Numbered from the whole stretch's first letter, positions 38,579-51,728 are shown. The stretch: 63,877 nucleotides of DNA, filler included, from Folioceros fuciformis (GCA_049999805.1; 8 parts of 8 records of this genome joined end to end with filler, not necessarily neighbours in it); one strand, 5' to 3'. Numbers and translations: made by a program. Notes: generated from the sequence alone by a model not told the origin.

Positions 38579-40373
38579 ATGGCGTCTGGTGCGAACGCAG
38601 GGATTGTGGTGGGAATTGCGGCTGCGTTGCTGGTGCTGGTGGTGGTTGTGGTGGGGTGTATTGTGTTTTGGTGCTGGACGCGGAAAAAGCGGGCCATCGC
38701 GTTCGAGGAAGGCCTTCTAGTAGAAACCGCCAGCGTAGCCCTTCCAGGTGGGCCTGTTTAGACTAGGATCGCTCTTCTTCAATGTTTGGGTTTCGGGTGG
38801 CACTTGTGCAATTGCCAGAACTGGGTTGTAAATTCCCTTCTCCAGCAACTGGGTTGCCCCGTGACAGTCTTGCAAACAAGTGCCCAGTGCTTCACTTACG
38901 AGGCTCTCACCAAGGCCACGAGTAACTTCAACCATCGGATCGGAGAAGGTAGTTTCGGAGCCGTCTACTTTGGGAGGCTGAGCAATAATCAGGAGGTGGC
39001 GGTCAAAGTCTCGTCAGGCGATAGAGATCAAGGAGAGAAGGAGTTCATCAATGAGGCAAGTTCAATTTCAGGTTTCTTCCAATGAAGACGGTGTTTGTGT
39101 CTAAAGGACCGAAGCCTGGTTGACACTCGCCTAATATGCCGAACTTCAGGTAGAGCTGCTCTCCACGGTGCACCACAAGAACCTTGTTCAGCTCGTGGGT
39201 TACTGCCAACATGAGAATCTACAAATACTTGTCTACGAGTTCATGGCTGGGGGGGATTTGAGGAAACGGCTTTATGGTATATATGCTTGTTGGTCACCAG
39301 TTTGCTGAAAGTTTTTAGTACGGCAATGGCTTGCTGTTCTGGACATATGCTTGGCCGGTGTGCGAAGATCTCCATCATTGTTGCCATGCTCCTGCGCAGG
39401 TTCTGTTGATGCTGCCAGGTATCCTCTTTCATGGAAGGATAGATTGAGATTAGCCAAAGAAGCGGCACAAGGTGATCTCAACATCAGGTCCTGTTCTGCG
39501 GATTGAACGTCTTTTGGCTTTTGCTGTGGGTGACCTATGGTAGTGTTTGTGTGAACAGGGGTGGTATATCTTCACAGCCAAATCAAGCCCAGTATTATCC
39601 ATAGAGACATTAAGACCAGTAACATCCTTCTCAGCAGGAACCTAGAAGCCAAAGTGGCTGATTTTGGGCTCTCGAAGCTGACACCGGATGATGGTTGCAC
39701 TCATGTCACCACTACAGTTAAAGGAACTAGGGGTTATCTTGATCCTGAGTAAGCCATGTGACTTGTCATCTGCGAGTGCTTATGCGCAATCGGATACCTC
39801 GCAGATCCTGCTCAAAGCCCCCTCTGTTGCCATTTCAGGTACTATACGACCCGCCAATTGACAGAGTATAGCGACGTTTACAGTTTCGGAGTTCTGTTTA
39901 TGGAGCTGCTTTGCGGCAGGCCACCCATTCCCTCATCTTTGAAGCAAAAACCACTTGTGGACTGGGTAAGAGGCAAGGGATCGCTTGCTCGCTTTGTAGT
40001 CACTGCAAATGATGCGCAACAGTAAAAAGAGAGCCTTCAAGGGTTGTCCCTGTGGGTGTGTTGACAGGTGCAAACTGCGATGCAAAGTGGAACAATTGAA
40101 GCTGTCGTTGATCCGGCACTGGATGGAGATTACAATGTGGAGTCGGTGTGGAAGCTGGCAGATCTTGCGAGACGCTGTGTGGCCATGAGCAGCGTACATA
40201 GGCCTACCATGATGGTGGTTTTGCAGGAGATTAATCTGGCGATAGAAATCGAGAATGGAATTGGCATATTACCTTCCACCCCACAGGTGGACACTGTGTC
40301 TACAATTGGTGAAAGCACATCATCGTCGAGTTGCCCTTCGGAGGTGTTCCAGAACGACATGTCAGGGCGATGA
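38579..40373 (+). CDS. Single-pass membrane RLK/Pelle kinase with essentially no ectodomain (multi-exon)
   Basis: MASGANAG is followed directly by a TM helix and WTRKKR. Kinase motifs: [79 protein letters not shown]. Stop TGA ends at 40373. GC-AG intron at 39056. Confidence 0.9.
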
Positions 40374-41471
40374 AGCCGAGGAACCTGAAGGAAACGTTTG
40401 TCAACAAGAAAGCCAAAAACGCAGCCGACGATGTGACGATCTTGTAATAGTGTGCAGCCATGAAACTGGCGGAAATAAATAGGTGTCAGTCGGCACCGTT
40501 TGCCAGCTGTGTACACACGTATGTAAACACCCCCGAAGGATGTGTGCCGCCAAACGGAAATCAAGAGCAGACTGACAAAAACCTAGGATTCCGCCGGGGG
40601 CTCTTGGGGACTCTGCATCATCCAGAATGTTCTCCTGACCTTGGGCTTCCCGTTGATCATCAGTTCAAGTGGAGCGTTTAGTGAGAGTGGTAGCAGATTC
40701 ACGGACAACAATTTCCCCCGTTTCTGCCTCAGGAGAAGGACGCATCAGATGACCATTCCTGTCCGGAAGGACAGCACACCAACTGCCTTGATTGAGAGAG
40801 GGAAGCCCCCGGTATCACAGCTGTGCCAACTGTGCGACACAAACGTCTATGTACATTTACACATTCTCCAGGTGCTTGCAGCTGGCATGGCTTCAATGCC
40901 GCAATGCAGCTTTTTCCCTGACGACCTGGCTTGTGTGGTCAAAGTAGACTGGAGCGTGAGTCTGTTGGCTGGCCTACGTTCAGTACCTGTACGCACACTC
41001 CAACAAGCATTTGAGACAACATGTGAAGAGTAATGGAGCTGGTGGCGGTATCCTTGTCCTAGCCCCTCCACCTCCGCCGACCTTCCTCAGCAATCCGGGT
41101 AGGACCTGCTTACTCCCAATCTCCGAACTAAACTCCACAGAAGCCCCCCTCTCCAGCTTCAGGCATTACCGCAATCCTGCGATGCTGCTCTCCAAATAGC
41201 AAACTTCGACAGCTGCAATCCTGCTTACCCCGCCTTTACTACGGATCACGGCTCGCAGCAGCAATCACCTACTGGCCATGCGCAGCGCCAGCGGAGGCAA
41301 GGCATGGGCACAGGTACAAAGCCGTTACGCTTAGCCTAGCTAGCAGAGGAGAAGACAGAATTGAAGCTGGCCGCGCTCTTCAGCGTCCATCCCTATATGG
41401 GCTCGCTGCACCAATTCCGCAATTCGCTCTTGACTCGGCTGCCAGCTGCCTGCCTGCGTGTGCCTGAGCTC

Positions 41472-41840
41472 ATGGAGATACGCGCGACAAGGCCTTCCGA
41501 GCCCGCTGCCAGCAGATGGAGGCTCCTGCTGCTCTCGGCCCTCGTGATTGCATCTCTATCCACCGCGCCCGGCAGCCACGCCTCGCAGCTGCCTGGCCGG
41601 CGGGCTCTCGCAAGCTCTCATCAGCTCCAGTTCGGCTCCAAGAAGTTCCCCGGCTGGGAGTTCCCTCCCTTCCCCTTCTACGACGAGTCCCCTCCTCCCG
41701 ACACATACTCCTACTCTTCGCCGCCTCCGCCAGTGTATGAGTCGCCGCCCCCTCCAGTGTATGAGTCGCCGCCCCCTCCAGTGTATGAGTCGCCACCCCC
41801 TCCCGTGTATGAGTCGCCGCCCCCGCCCGTGTATGAATCG
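41472..41840 (+). CDS. Extensin-like hydroxyproline-rich glycoprotein (3' end lost in gap)
   Basis: Hydrophobic signal-like segment (WRLLLLSALVIASLS), a YSY motif, then 24-bp repeats encoding SPPPPVYE running into the assembly gap. Confidence 0.85.
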
Positions 41841-44336
41841 NNNNNNNNNNNNNNNNNNNNNNNNNNNNNNNNNNNNNNNNNNNNTTAATTAATTAANNNN
41901 NNNNNNNNNNNNNNNNNNNNNNNNNNNNNNNNNNNNNNNNCGCCATGGCCATGCCTTGCATAATGCCCGAATATTGAATGACGGGGGGCCGGGGCCCGGG
42001 GGCCGGGGGTGCTCTTTTTAGGTGGGTGGCACCCAGCCCCGGGCCCGGCCCTCCCTCCGGAACAATATTCAAGCCGTACGGAAGGACCGCCCGCGGCGAC
42101 CGGACCGCCACCCATCCTCCTCCTGCGACTCCTGGGTCCCGGACGCCTGCCTGCCCGCCCGACTGGACTCGCGCATTATCCGCCAACAATTTCCGCATAC
42201 ATAATACAGTACCTTACCTATGTACAGTACAGTATGTTGTGCGGCTACGATAGCTACAACATACTGGCTTCATGTCCCTTTGTAAGTGTGGCTACTATGA
42301 GGCCTTGTCCCAAGCGTGTTGTGCTTGACATGCAGTCAAACAAATTGTAGTGAACAAACATCACTAGGGCTCACAAACCCACATCAGAAGTGGCTCTTTC
42401 GTGTGTGCTTCTCCTAGCAATTTGATGCACACCATGAAATGGAAATGGCTCTTTGTGGTGCGCGGTTTTATGACAAGTTGCCATTGAGTGCTATTGGGTT
42501 TGCACGAAGGTGGCAATTTTTTGTTAGCATGAGTGGTATGTGTCCTTTAACAAGGGAGGTTTTCTTCATCCAAGCATCAAAGAGGATGAGAAGAGGGTCT
42601 GTTGTGGAAAGGAAAGGGAAACCAATAGTGGGGTCAAGGACTCTCTTATCTGCTTTCGTATACCACAGATTTGTACAAGCTTCTTCACTAGGCGAAGCAA
42701 CTCAAGGGGATAACAACAACATTCTACAAATACTTCATAAGGAGAAGCAAACTGACAACAATCCAAAATTGCACTTTACTCTCATTCTTAAGGTGCCCTT
42801 TGCTTGGAAAGCATCTTCCATTTTGTTTGTTCTGTTTGGGTGTAGCTTCTCTCCTCTAGGAATTCTACAATACCAAAGAGGCCAAGTGTGGTTGCTGTTA
42901 TCCGTTGTATCCTCTTTGGTTGACCACAAAACAAAACAGTTCTAAAAAAAACAAAAGGCCAACTCAAGTAGAAAGGAGAAGAAATCACAACAGAGACAAT
43001 GGCGCTGACTCACTTCAAGTAGACTACAACTACCCAGGCCCACAACACTACTCCCTTGTCATTGAAAAAGCCCGCCCTTCATAACGAGAGCCCGGACGCA
43101 CAGAACTGACTACCTCTGTTTTTAATTTATTGATTAACAGAAGGTTATCTCTAGACACATCCTGTGAAGTCGTGATTATGGGTGGTGACTACTACTATTA
43201 CACTGGTCTCGGGTGCTTGGCACGGCATCACTCACAGCACGCGACAGTGGAATTTAGTTTCACGACTGAAAACGATGCACAAAGATTCGTTCCAAGAGGC
43301 CAGGCCAAGCACAGCTCCCAGTGCAAAGAAGAGGAGAAGAGAAGACCAAAATCAGATCAGTCTGTTGTGGCATTGAATGGTCAGGCGAAGTTACAAAAAG
43401 TTACGGTACAGGGAACACAGGCGATATCCCTTCCGGGAGACTGACAACAAATAAATTTAATTTCGTGTCTCGGACTTCAGCCAGAAGAAAATTTTCTTAC
43501 TACAAACCTGGCTAAAGCCTGCCTTGAAAACTGCGACGAGAAAGTTGCATTCACCAGCTACCCGGAGGTATGGCAAAGCAGGTGAACTTTCACATCATAA
43601 ACATACCTCGGTTGCAGATGGCTGGGGGTTACGTGCCAGTTGCTTCTCTCCATCGATCCTGCTAGCCTTCCTCATCAAGATAACGTCCAAATGATCTACA
43701 ATCCTACAGAACTTTGTGTGGTACCTACCATCGATACCCCTCCTACAGATCTGCATATACCCTTCCTTCCTCTTTTCCACAGGAGGAGGGAGGCCAGATC
43801 TCAGGAGGGGCTAATTTCCCAGCCTCCTCCTCTCCTCCTCCTCCTGCTGCTTCTCCCCCACCCCACTGTCTTCCCCAACTAAGTCACAGTTTATTGGCGT
43901 GGGAAAAAGATACTCTACTCTACCTTGCAATTCTACTGGGGTACAGTACAGAGAGGATACCATACCAACCCCAATACTCACTACCTGGATATTGGTAAAC
44001 TTTTGTCTTGTACAGACCCAGGCTCCCTTCTCTCGCTCGTCCTAAATCCCGCCCAAAATACACCTGGTCACCGCACTGAAGCAGTAACCACCCCAGACTT
44101 GTCCCACGCCACAGGGAGTGGCCACGGACCCCCGGTTCCAACTGTACAGCTGTAAAAATAGAGACACTCCGAGAAGCTGGTAAGATGCCAACTCCCCAGA
44201 CCTAAGACTTCACGACAAGATACACCAATCCGTGACAGCGGACTGCTGGCACCCCCACCACGCCGCAGGGTACTCCATAACACACCCTTTTTTGGATGGA
44301 GGCCAAGATAGCAGCAGTCCGGAAAAATTCACATGC

Positions 44337-46868
44337 TCATTTCTTCAAACTGGTCCGCGCCAGAATACGCTTCCCATACGGACTACTTCGCAATGCTGGG
44401 AGGTGAGGGCGGATAGCGTCAACAATAATTGAATGGAGAGGTCCCTGTCGGCACACAAACAATCGTTTTGCAAAACCACAGTCATCTCTGTCAGGGAACC
44501 TGACACAAACTTACTACTTCTAACATTGAACAAGACAACCTCAACTTGGCCCTACATTTTGGGCCGAGCATCAACGTACCTTGGCTACTTGAAGTGCAGA
44601 TTGCATAACATAATTGCCATAAGGGTCTTGGAGTAGCTGTGCTAGTCGGGAGCTTCCAACAAGCTCCCGGACTATGCAAGCCCTGTTTTCCTCTCCAGCC
44701 AGCTTTAGACACTTTTCCACAACGTTGCTGCTAAATTTCTGGGTTGCCAGGTGAGCATAATGTTTCTCCAGTTGCGCCATGACTTCGATAGCAGGCCACG
44801 GCGTATCAAGGTCAAGAATATACTGGACAACATAGTTGCTGCCACCACATCAGAAGTCAGTCAGGCAACCACCAGACAGCACCACAAACCATGCATGACT
44901 ACAATGTGCTCGCAGTGATCATTGGTAACGTCTCTTCCTGGTGGAATACCCGGTCCAACAGCAACCTGGGTACCAAGTTAGTTCAGAAACTAACAGTGTT
45001 AAAGCCCAAAAAAAAAGGGGGGGAGGGGGGGGGGGCTCAAATGATAACATACCCAAATGGATCTTGCGACAGAATCAATGCATTAGCAGCAATCTCAGAC
45101 ACTAAGCGCTGCTTGTGCACACCCCTTGCATAATCTACACATCGCTGAAGGACACAGCATCCATGGCGATGCGTTGCAATTTCCACACAGTGAGCAGCTG
45201 CAGCCTCAAAAATGAACTGCACCCACAACAACCCAGAAGTCTAAGATACAGTGATTCAGGGAAGCCAGAAGACAACAATCCTATGGCAACCAGTATACCA
45301 CATGTCATAGTGTACTGCAGGAGTCCATGCACTTTCAGGTGACACGCTACACCACACTCACCACACTATCTTCGTTGCTGAGGCGCTGCAGACAACGCTG
45401 CACCACATGGTTACCGTTCAGGTCTTTAATCAGTGTCACAACGCCTGGCTGCAGAGAGGATTTAACCATAGCCACTTGCTCAGGAGACTTCAGTGTTTCT
45501 ATCAGCTTCTGCACTGCTCGAGTTCTGAAAGAACAAACACAGGCAAATGGGCCTTGAGCATACATCCTGCACCAGTCATAGGTTCGTTCCTAGAACCAAA
45601 CATCAAACATCAGCACAACAAAACCCGATTATTTACCCATGCATATTCAAAGATATTGTGACCAGTTGACTCCCTTCTGCCACAACAGAAAGAATTTCCA
45701 TTCTCTGAGCCTCATCGCAAACGTCCAACAGCTTCTGTATGAGATAGTTTCCGAATGGATCTGTCATCAGCTCAATGATATGATCGATTATCTCCACAAA
45801 AATCTTCTGAACATCTTCTGGGCCACCCTCCTCAAACTTCCTCTGGAGGAAACGGCATCCATGTTGATCCTTAGCAATGGAGTAAAACCGACCTTCCACC
45901 TCCTCAAGAGTAGTGTACTTGGATTGCTGCTGGGGTAGATGATGAGAAGCACCGATATTTGATACATCAAATTCTAACTGTTGATCCGGAGAGACCACAA
46001 CTCTGGTATGGTTTGTTGCTTCAGGGAGGAAAGGACCTGAATGGACAGGCGATGGAGAGTGATGACCATTCGAGTACACATGTCCATTTGAATGTCCATT
46101 AGCCAAAATTTCGGGCCTCTTACGAAGCGAGGCACCAGGTGCTAATACTCCAGTTTGCCCATTTCGTGATCCATTCCTCCGCGAAAGAATCTTTTCAGGC
46201 CCAGCTGGTGATCGTGGTCGTTCTGTGCTCCCAGAGCTGCTTGCTCGGACATCCTTCAAGACACCAGTTAAGGCCTGAGGCACTCTCCCTGAGCCATATC
46301 CCTGTGAAGCGCCTGGATGCAGGAATGGACAAGCATCTCCACGACTACAATAGCCCTGCGCATAATATCTGCAAAGATTCCCGGCCTGAGAACTAGCCTG
46401 GGCACGGTCCATCTGACACAGAGCAGCAGCAGCCAAACGTACACATTGAGGAAAGTACGGATTAACAAAATCGCTCAATTGATGGTTCAGCTCATGCTGG
46501 TTCAGTTCGTGCTGGTTCAAATCGTGCTGGTTCAGTTCGTGCTGTGGCTGGCGCTGCTGCTGCTTCAGAATGGGATGACTAGATGCCAGAAAAGGATTGA
46601 CACCTGGAGACTGCTGCAAGGGTTGTCTGGATGCTGCATTCTGGGGAGACTGAGCTCTGAGAAAAGATGCCTGTCCACTGTTACCCTGAGCCTGCATGCT
46701 TGCCATGTAAGCGGCAGTTTCCTGAGCCTGCTGCTGATTAAAGAAGCGCCTTTGAATAAGCTGGATTTGTTTCTGCTTCCCCTCGTGCTCTATCTGCATT
46801 TGATGCAATCTCTGCGCTTGCTCCATGAACATTTGTCGTTGAAGCGAAGACATACCATATTCTACACT

Positions 46869-46899
<31 letters not shown>

Positions 46900-47963
46900 T
46901 GATGCGGAACTGGAGATTGAGAAGGAAATACTCCATTACCATTTCCAAGCATGACTGGGTACACACGTGTGGCTTGCATCGGGGTTGCAGAACCCATCCC
47001 ATGAGAAGAAACAATTCCAGGAACAGAACTCATCAAACTCCGCCCAGAAGAAAAATCATCAGACTGTTGCCGAAACAGCTTGTCAATCATCATCTGTGCA
47101 GAAGTCTGAGCATCATAAGACCCATTGGGGTAGGAACCCTCACCAAGGGGCTCCATATTTGCACTCCGTGAAAGCATGTCCAAGGCAGACTGCTGCGACC
47201 TGTTCACAAAGGTGGCGGGTGACCCATAATCAGGGGGCTTTTGGACAAAGTGATCAAGATGCGCGTAAAGCCCATTGGAAACAGGAACACCCCTGCCGTT
47301 GGAGAGAGTACCAACCAAGACATCCGGCATGCCCCCACTACCCACATTCTCGTCATGCATCTGCTGCCGGCTGTGACTGGCGCCGGCTAGTGCAAAACTG
47401 GTTGAGGAACTGGGATGGTCATCAAAACTGAGGTTCCCAAAAGCCGCAGTAAAACCATGGTCATCCCTCATACGGTGCTGCTGAGACTTTGAAGACATAA
47501 TTAGATCAGACGTTGCGGACTGCTGTTGGTTAGTCTGAGCCATCGGATGCAATCCCTGCTGATTCTGCGCTTGTGAGTGCACCTCAAACTGCCGCTGCCG
47601 CTGCTGTTGTAAGATGGCCGGAGGACTGTCCAATGTCAAGCCACTGTAGAAGGGGGACAGCGCATTAGATGCTGACTTGGGGGACGAGAGGGTAGGAAGA
47701 TCATTATAAATTGTACGATTGTCCATGGGGGGAGGGAGTTTCTTAGCACCTGAATAAGCACGGTAGAAATCTTCGTAGTGCTCATCACAACGAATATCAG
47801 TAAAAGGCTTCACAGCGAGGTCAATCTCCCTGAAAGATACAAAGGGGCTGTCCTCAAGCTGAGAACCGTAAGCTCGTTGCAGTTCTTCCAAATGGGGAGG
47901 AGCAGATGTAGCACGAGGAATTTCACCTAGCAGCTGCTCGAGCTCTTCGTCTTCTTGTTCCAT
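44337..47963 (-). CDS. Pumilio/PUF RNA-binding protein (APUM7-12/Puf4-5-like repeats) with a CCCH zinc finger and Gln-rich region (multi-exon)
   Basis: ATG at 47963 (MEQEDEELEQLLGEIPRATS), polyQ, CRYYAQGYCSRGDACPFLH, and eight PUF repeats (DQHGCRFLQR, DPFGNYLIQK, HGTRAVQK, DLNGNHVVQR, HRHGCCVLQR, DPFGNYVVQY, QKFSSNVVEK, DPYGNYVMQS). Last exon ...SSPYGKRILARTSLKK*. Confidence 0.93.
46484..46545 (-). repeat. 15-bp coding tandem repeat (QHELN x4) in the PUF gene; CAG polyQ tract at ~46870-46900
   Basis: Protein QHELNQHDLNQHELNQHELNH, with DNA TGCTGGTTCA recurring every 15 nt. Confidence 0.8.
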
Positions 47964-50092
47964 ATCACCCAATAGGATGCCCTTTCAGAGGCGGCAGAAG
48001 GTGTGTGACACAAGAACCCCGGCGGTAATAGTGAAGCCTCATCCGAAAATCATAACTGCTCAAGCTCGAGCTTAGAGCATAGTACAAGAATACACCCGAG
48101 AGTGGTCGGGCCCCAGACGGCTGGGGTCACCTGGCACACCGAGTTGTAGGTGGATTCACACCCCAGATGTGTGAAGGTAACCTGGTAGAATATACAGCCT
48201 GCAACAGAACAACATGGGCACGACACAGATCAGTGGTTGATACATGGGAAGAAGGAATGAACGAGGAAGGAAGCAAGGAGATCATGACATACATGGCGGG
48301 GGAGAGGGAGTTTAGTTGCTATGCATGCAGCCGACATCAAAACACAAAGCACCCCTGAATCGCATCAAGCGGTCCGGCCGTACCTCAAACAGCAAGTCTC
48401 CTTGGCAAAATTGCGACAAAATTGGCTACGATTGGCAGCGATCAGAAGCCACAACATACTCACACAAGCTCCACCGCGCTCACGTCACAGCAAAGAAGCA
48501 CCAAAAGGTCCGATCCAGCACCACAGGAAGCCACGATTGCCGAATGCCACCCGAGATTTCCAAATTGCCGCAGCATGCGAGCCCGGCAGTGGGAGCCGCC
48601 GCCGCCCACCATGCTCGGACTCCGACAGCAGCCAAATGGCGAGCTGGGCGGCATCCTAGGGACCCAAGCCCTCCGAGCAAGACGGGCGCAATCCAATCCA
48701 AGCGGCCAAATTAGCACGGATCTGCAGGGATTGCACCGCTACTGGCGGCAGGCCCGGCAGGCACGGAGTAGTCCGCAATCCCGGGACTGCCAGCGTGCGC
48801 TGGAGCCCGTCGCACTCCACCGGGGGAACCACACCAGACCACACCAGACCACACGAAAACGCAAAACCACCAAACGCAACAGGAACATACAGGCCAAGGC
48901 CAAGCCCACCCAGCACTACTTCACCACACCGAAACCGCAACAACAACAAACAGCAGACGATCTACCGTTCCCTAAACGGAGTCGAGAGGCACCTGATCCG
49001 CGGATTTCCGATCCCGCACGAAATTAGCTCTAGCATGTGGCAAGAGAGGGCGCGGGGAGGACAAGAGGAAGGACAAGAGCAGCAGAGGACCCGAGGCCGG
49101 GGTCATGGAGTTGCGTTTCCTCGCAAGGGTGTGCAAGGCCGGTAGGTCTGGGCAGCCGGCGCCGCTTGCTCTAATCAAGACGCTGGACGCGACCCACAGA
49201 GCAGCAGCACCTGCCCACCGCGCCAGACGCGCAGAGAAAAAGAGGAGCAGGGGCCAAAGGCAAAGCGGAGCAGAAGCAGCGGCAGCAGCCGAGCCGGGGC
49301 TTGCCCAAGCCGAGAAGGCCCCGCAAATGAACTTTGGCCGAAGTTCCAAGAGAAGAAGTTGGGGCCAGACCAGGCCTGACTCTGGCGGTGGCCAGTGCAC
49401 TATCAAGGCGGCACACCCCACTTTCCACTTCCCACCTCCCCCTTCCCCGGCTGGGTCACCCACTCGGCCTTGGAGCAAGCGCTATTTGTTCATTTTGAGC
49501 ATAGCTCGCTGCAAAACCCACGGCCCACGCCACCGGACCACGCTCTCGCATCTTGTGTCTGCTATATTGGGTTGCAGTAACCAACGCCGTTCCCTCTCCT
49601 CGCCTTCCTTCTTCGCGTAACCCACCCAATCGGATCCAACCCACCGAGCTCGCACACTCCCAAAAACATTTTTTTGTATTTCTATTCCTGATCCCTTTCG
49701 TTCACCATAATGTGGGACCGAGGAATGACATACAGTGAAGGGAAGTTTCTTTCATTTTGGCAGCTCGCATCTCCACTTATCAACGCAAGCAAAAGCTTCA
49801 GTCCCAGGCAGAACTTGGTTGTTCCGTTACCCTTTGAAGGAACCAAGCCTCAAAAGGGCACCTTCTTTTCATCTTCTAGGAGGGAGAACTTATGACCATC
49901 GCTCTTGCATGTCCATCTTTCTCATTCCAAACTTATGTTGTCCTTGTAAGGCAGGTTCTACCTACCACTTGACTATAAGATTATGTGTTCTATATTCCAA
50001 TGCATGTTTACAACTATTTGGTCATGCCACCCAAACGATTATAGCTAGGCAAAAAAAGGCCATGAGAAAGAATCCAAGAGGGAGTAGGCTCG

Positions 50093-50782
50093 AAAACAGA
50101 GCCACTTTGAAGGATTGAAAACAAAGCCACTTTGAAGGATTGAAAACAATGCAAGAGGGAAGGAACGAAGGAGGCTAACCCTACTCCTGTAACCAGAATT
50201 CTTCCCTCAACACGTATCCATGAATCTCATACTCCTTCACGTGTTCATCTTCCTTCTAGTTTATGGCTTAAGGAATCCCCAAACACATGCCTTGAAGAAC
50301 CTTGATGCAACCTAACTATGGCCCTATTCATTTCAATTGTTCAAGGGATAAAAGGCATGTCTTCTATCTGCTAGTGCATGTCCTTAATCTCCCCACTAGT
50401 AGATCCTAGAATCATGAAGCCAAGCTCAAGGTAAGGCAAAGCTTTGTTGCAATAGAAAAAAGAGAGTAAGGTGTGATTCCAACATCTAGATGCAAGGGTA
50501 AGCCAAATGTCACTCACCAATTTCGTGTCTTGAACAACAAGAAATTTGGACTTGAGCAATCTTGGGGAATTATATGCATATGTACGTATATTGGTCTACA
50601 TGCATACCCACACCATCTTCTCTCACTCCACACTTACAATCAACAAAACCCTAAAGCATAAGAGACCAAAATCTTAGCAGTTATTGCACCACGAAGAAGT
50701 CTTTCTACAGAAGTACATACATGATTCAATCTTGCAAGCAGTCTTTCTACAGAAGTACATACATGATTCAATCTTGCAAGCA
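50093..50782. repeat. Two short direct duplications (25 bp x2 at ~50093-50148; 42 bp x2 at ~50698-50782)
   Basis: AGCCACTTTGAAGGATTGAAAACAA occurs twice, and AGTCTTTCTACAGAAGTACATACATGATTCAATCTTGCAAGC occurs twice. Confidence 0.85.
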
Positions 50783-51497
50783 AATACGATAACGTTTCAC
50801 ATGATAATCACCTACTGTATGTAATATAAGAGTTGTTAACACATCACTTCGTTACATTTATGATCTCCACAATCACAAACATGAGTTCCAATGGTTTCAA
50901 AAGCTTGAGGTGTAGTTTCTACATCATGAAATGTAATTTGGTACATTTTCATGATCTATTCAAAGAGAGACCTATTGCACATAATTACAGCAACAGCGCA
51001 TCACTCACGTCACTAGACTAAACTACAATGTTTGTTCCAGACTCTTGTTGGTACTCATAATAGTAGCTACCAAACACAACTCCAGCAAATCCATTGCAAC
51101 AAGTAAGGAAATGGTGAAAGCTTGCTACCTTGGTTGGGTTTCAAGTGACTTGCAAAATCAATTTCAGATAGTGCCCACCAACTTTCTCAAGATTCTTTTC
51201 ATACGATCCACGCCACCAGCCCAACCCAGCCCACAAGGTGGAAGAAGAAGAGGATCCGCATCACGCATGAGGTATTGAACAGCAAGTAGGAAAGAGAGGA
51301 AAGAGACAAATGTGAGGCTATGTACATGTAGTTAACCCGATGAACAACACACAGCAACAAGTGCCAGCAGCGGAGGAGGAGACGAGCGAGGCTGGCCNNN
51401 NNNNNNNNNNNNNNNNNNNNNNNNNNNNNNNNNNNNNNNNNTTAATTAATTAANNNNNNNNNNNNNNNNNNNNNNNNNNNNNNNNNNNNNNNNNNNN

Positions 51498-51728
51498 CAC
51501 TCCCTTGGCATAAGGGGGCAAGGTAGTTTTCACTCCCTTGGCATAAGGGGGCAAGGTAGTTTTCACTCCCTTGGCATAAGGGGGCAAGGTAGTTTTCACT
51601 CCCTTGGCATAGAGAGGGCAAGGTTCTGGGCATAGAGGGGGCAAGGTTCTTTCCACTCCCTTGGCATAGAGGGGGCAAGGTTTTTCCCACTCCCTTGGCA
51701 TAGAGGGGGTAAGGGTTGTTTCCACACC
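51498..51728. repeat. 33-34-bp minisatellite abutting a contig end
   Basis: CACTCCCTTGGCATA(A/GA)GGGGGCAAGGT... in about seven copies. The copies nearest the gap are identical. Confidence 0.92.

Noticed and set aside
48167..49644. Cluster of overlapping 100-200-aa ORFs upstream of the PUF gene
   Set aside because: GC-rich leader, intron and promoter sequence with low stop density and no recognisable domains.
51498..51728. 33-34-bp repeats of CRISPR-like length (also 13318-13620 and 60528-60868)
   Set aside because: Units are head-to-tail with no unique spacers, there are no cas genes, and the context is eukaryotic. These are minisatellites.
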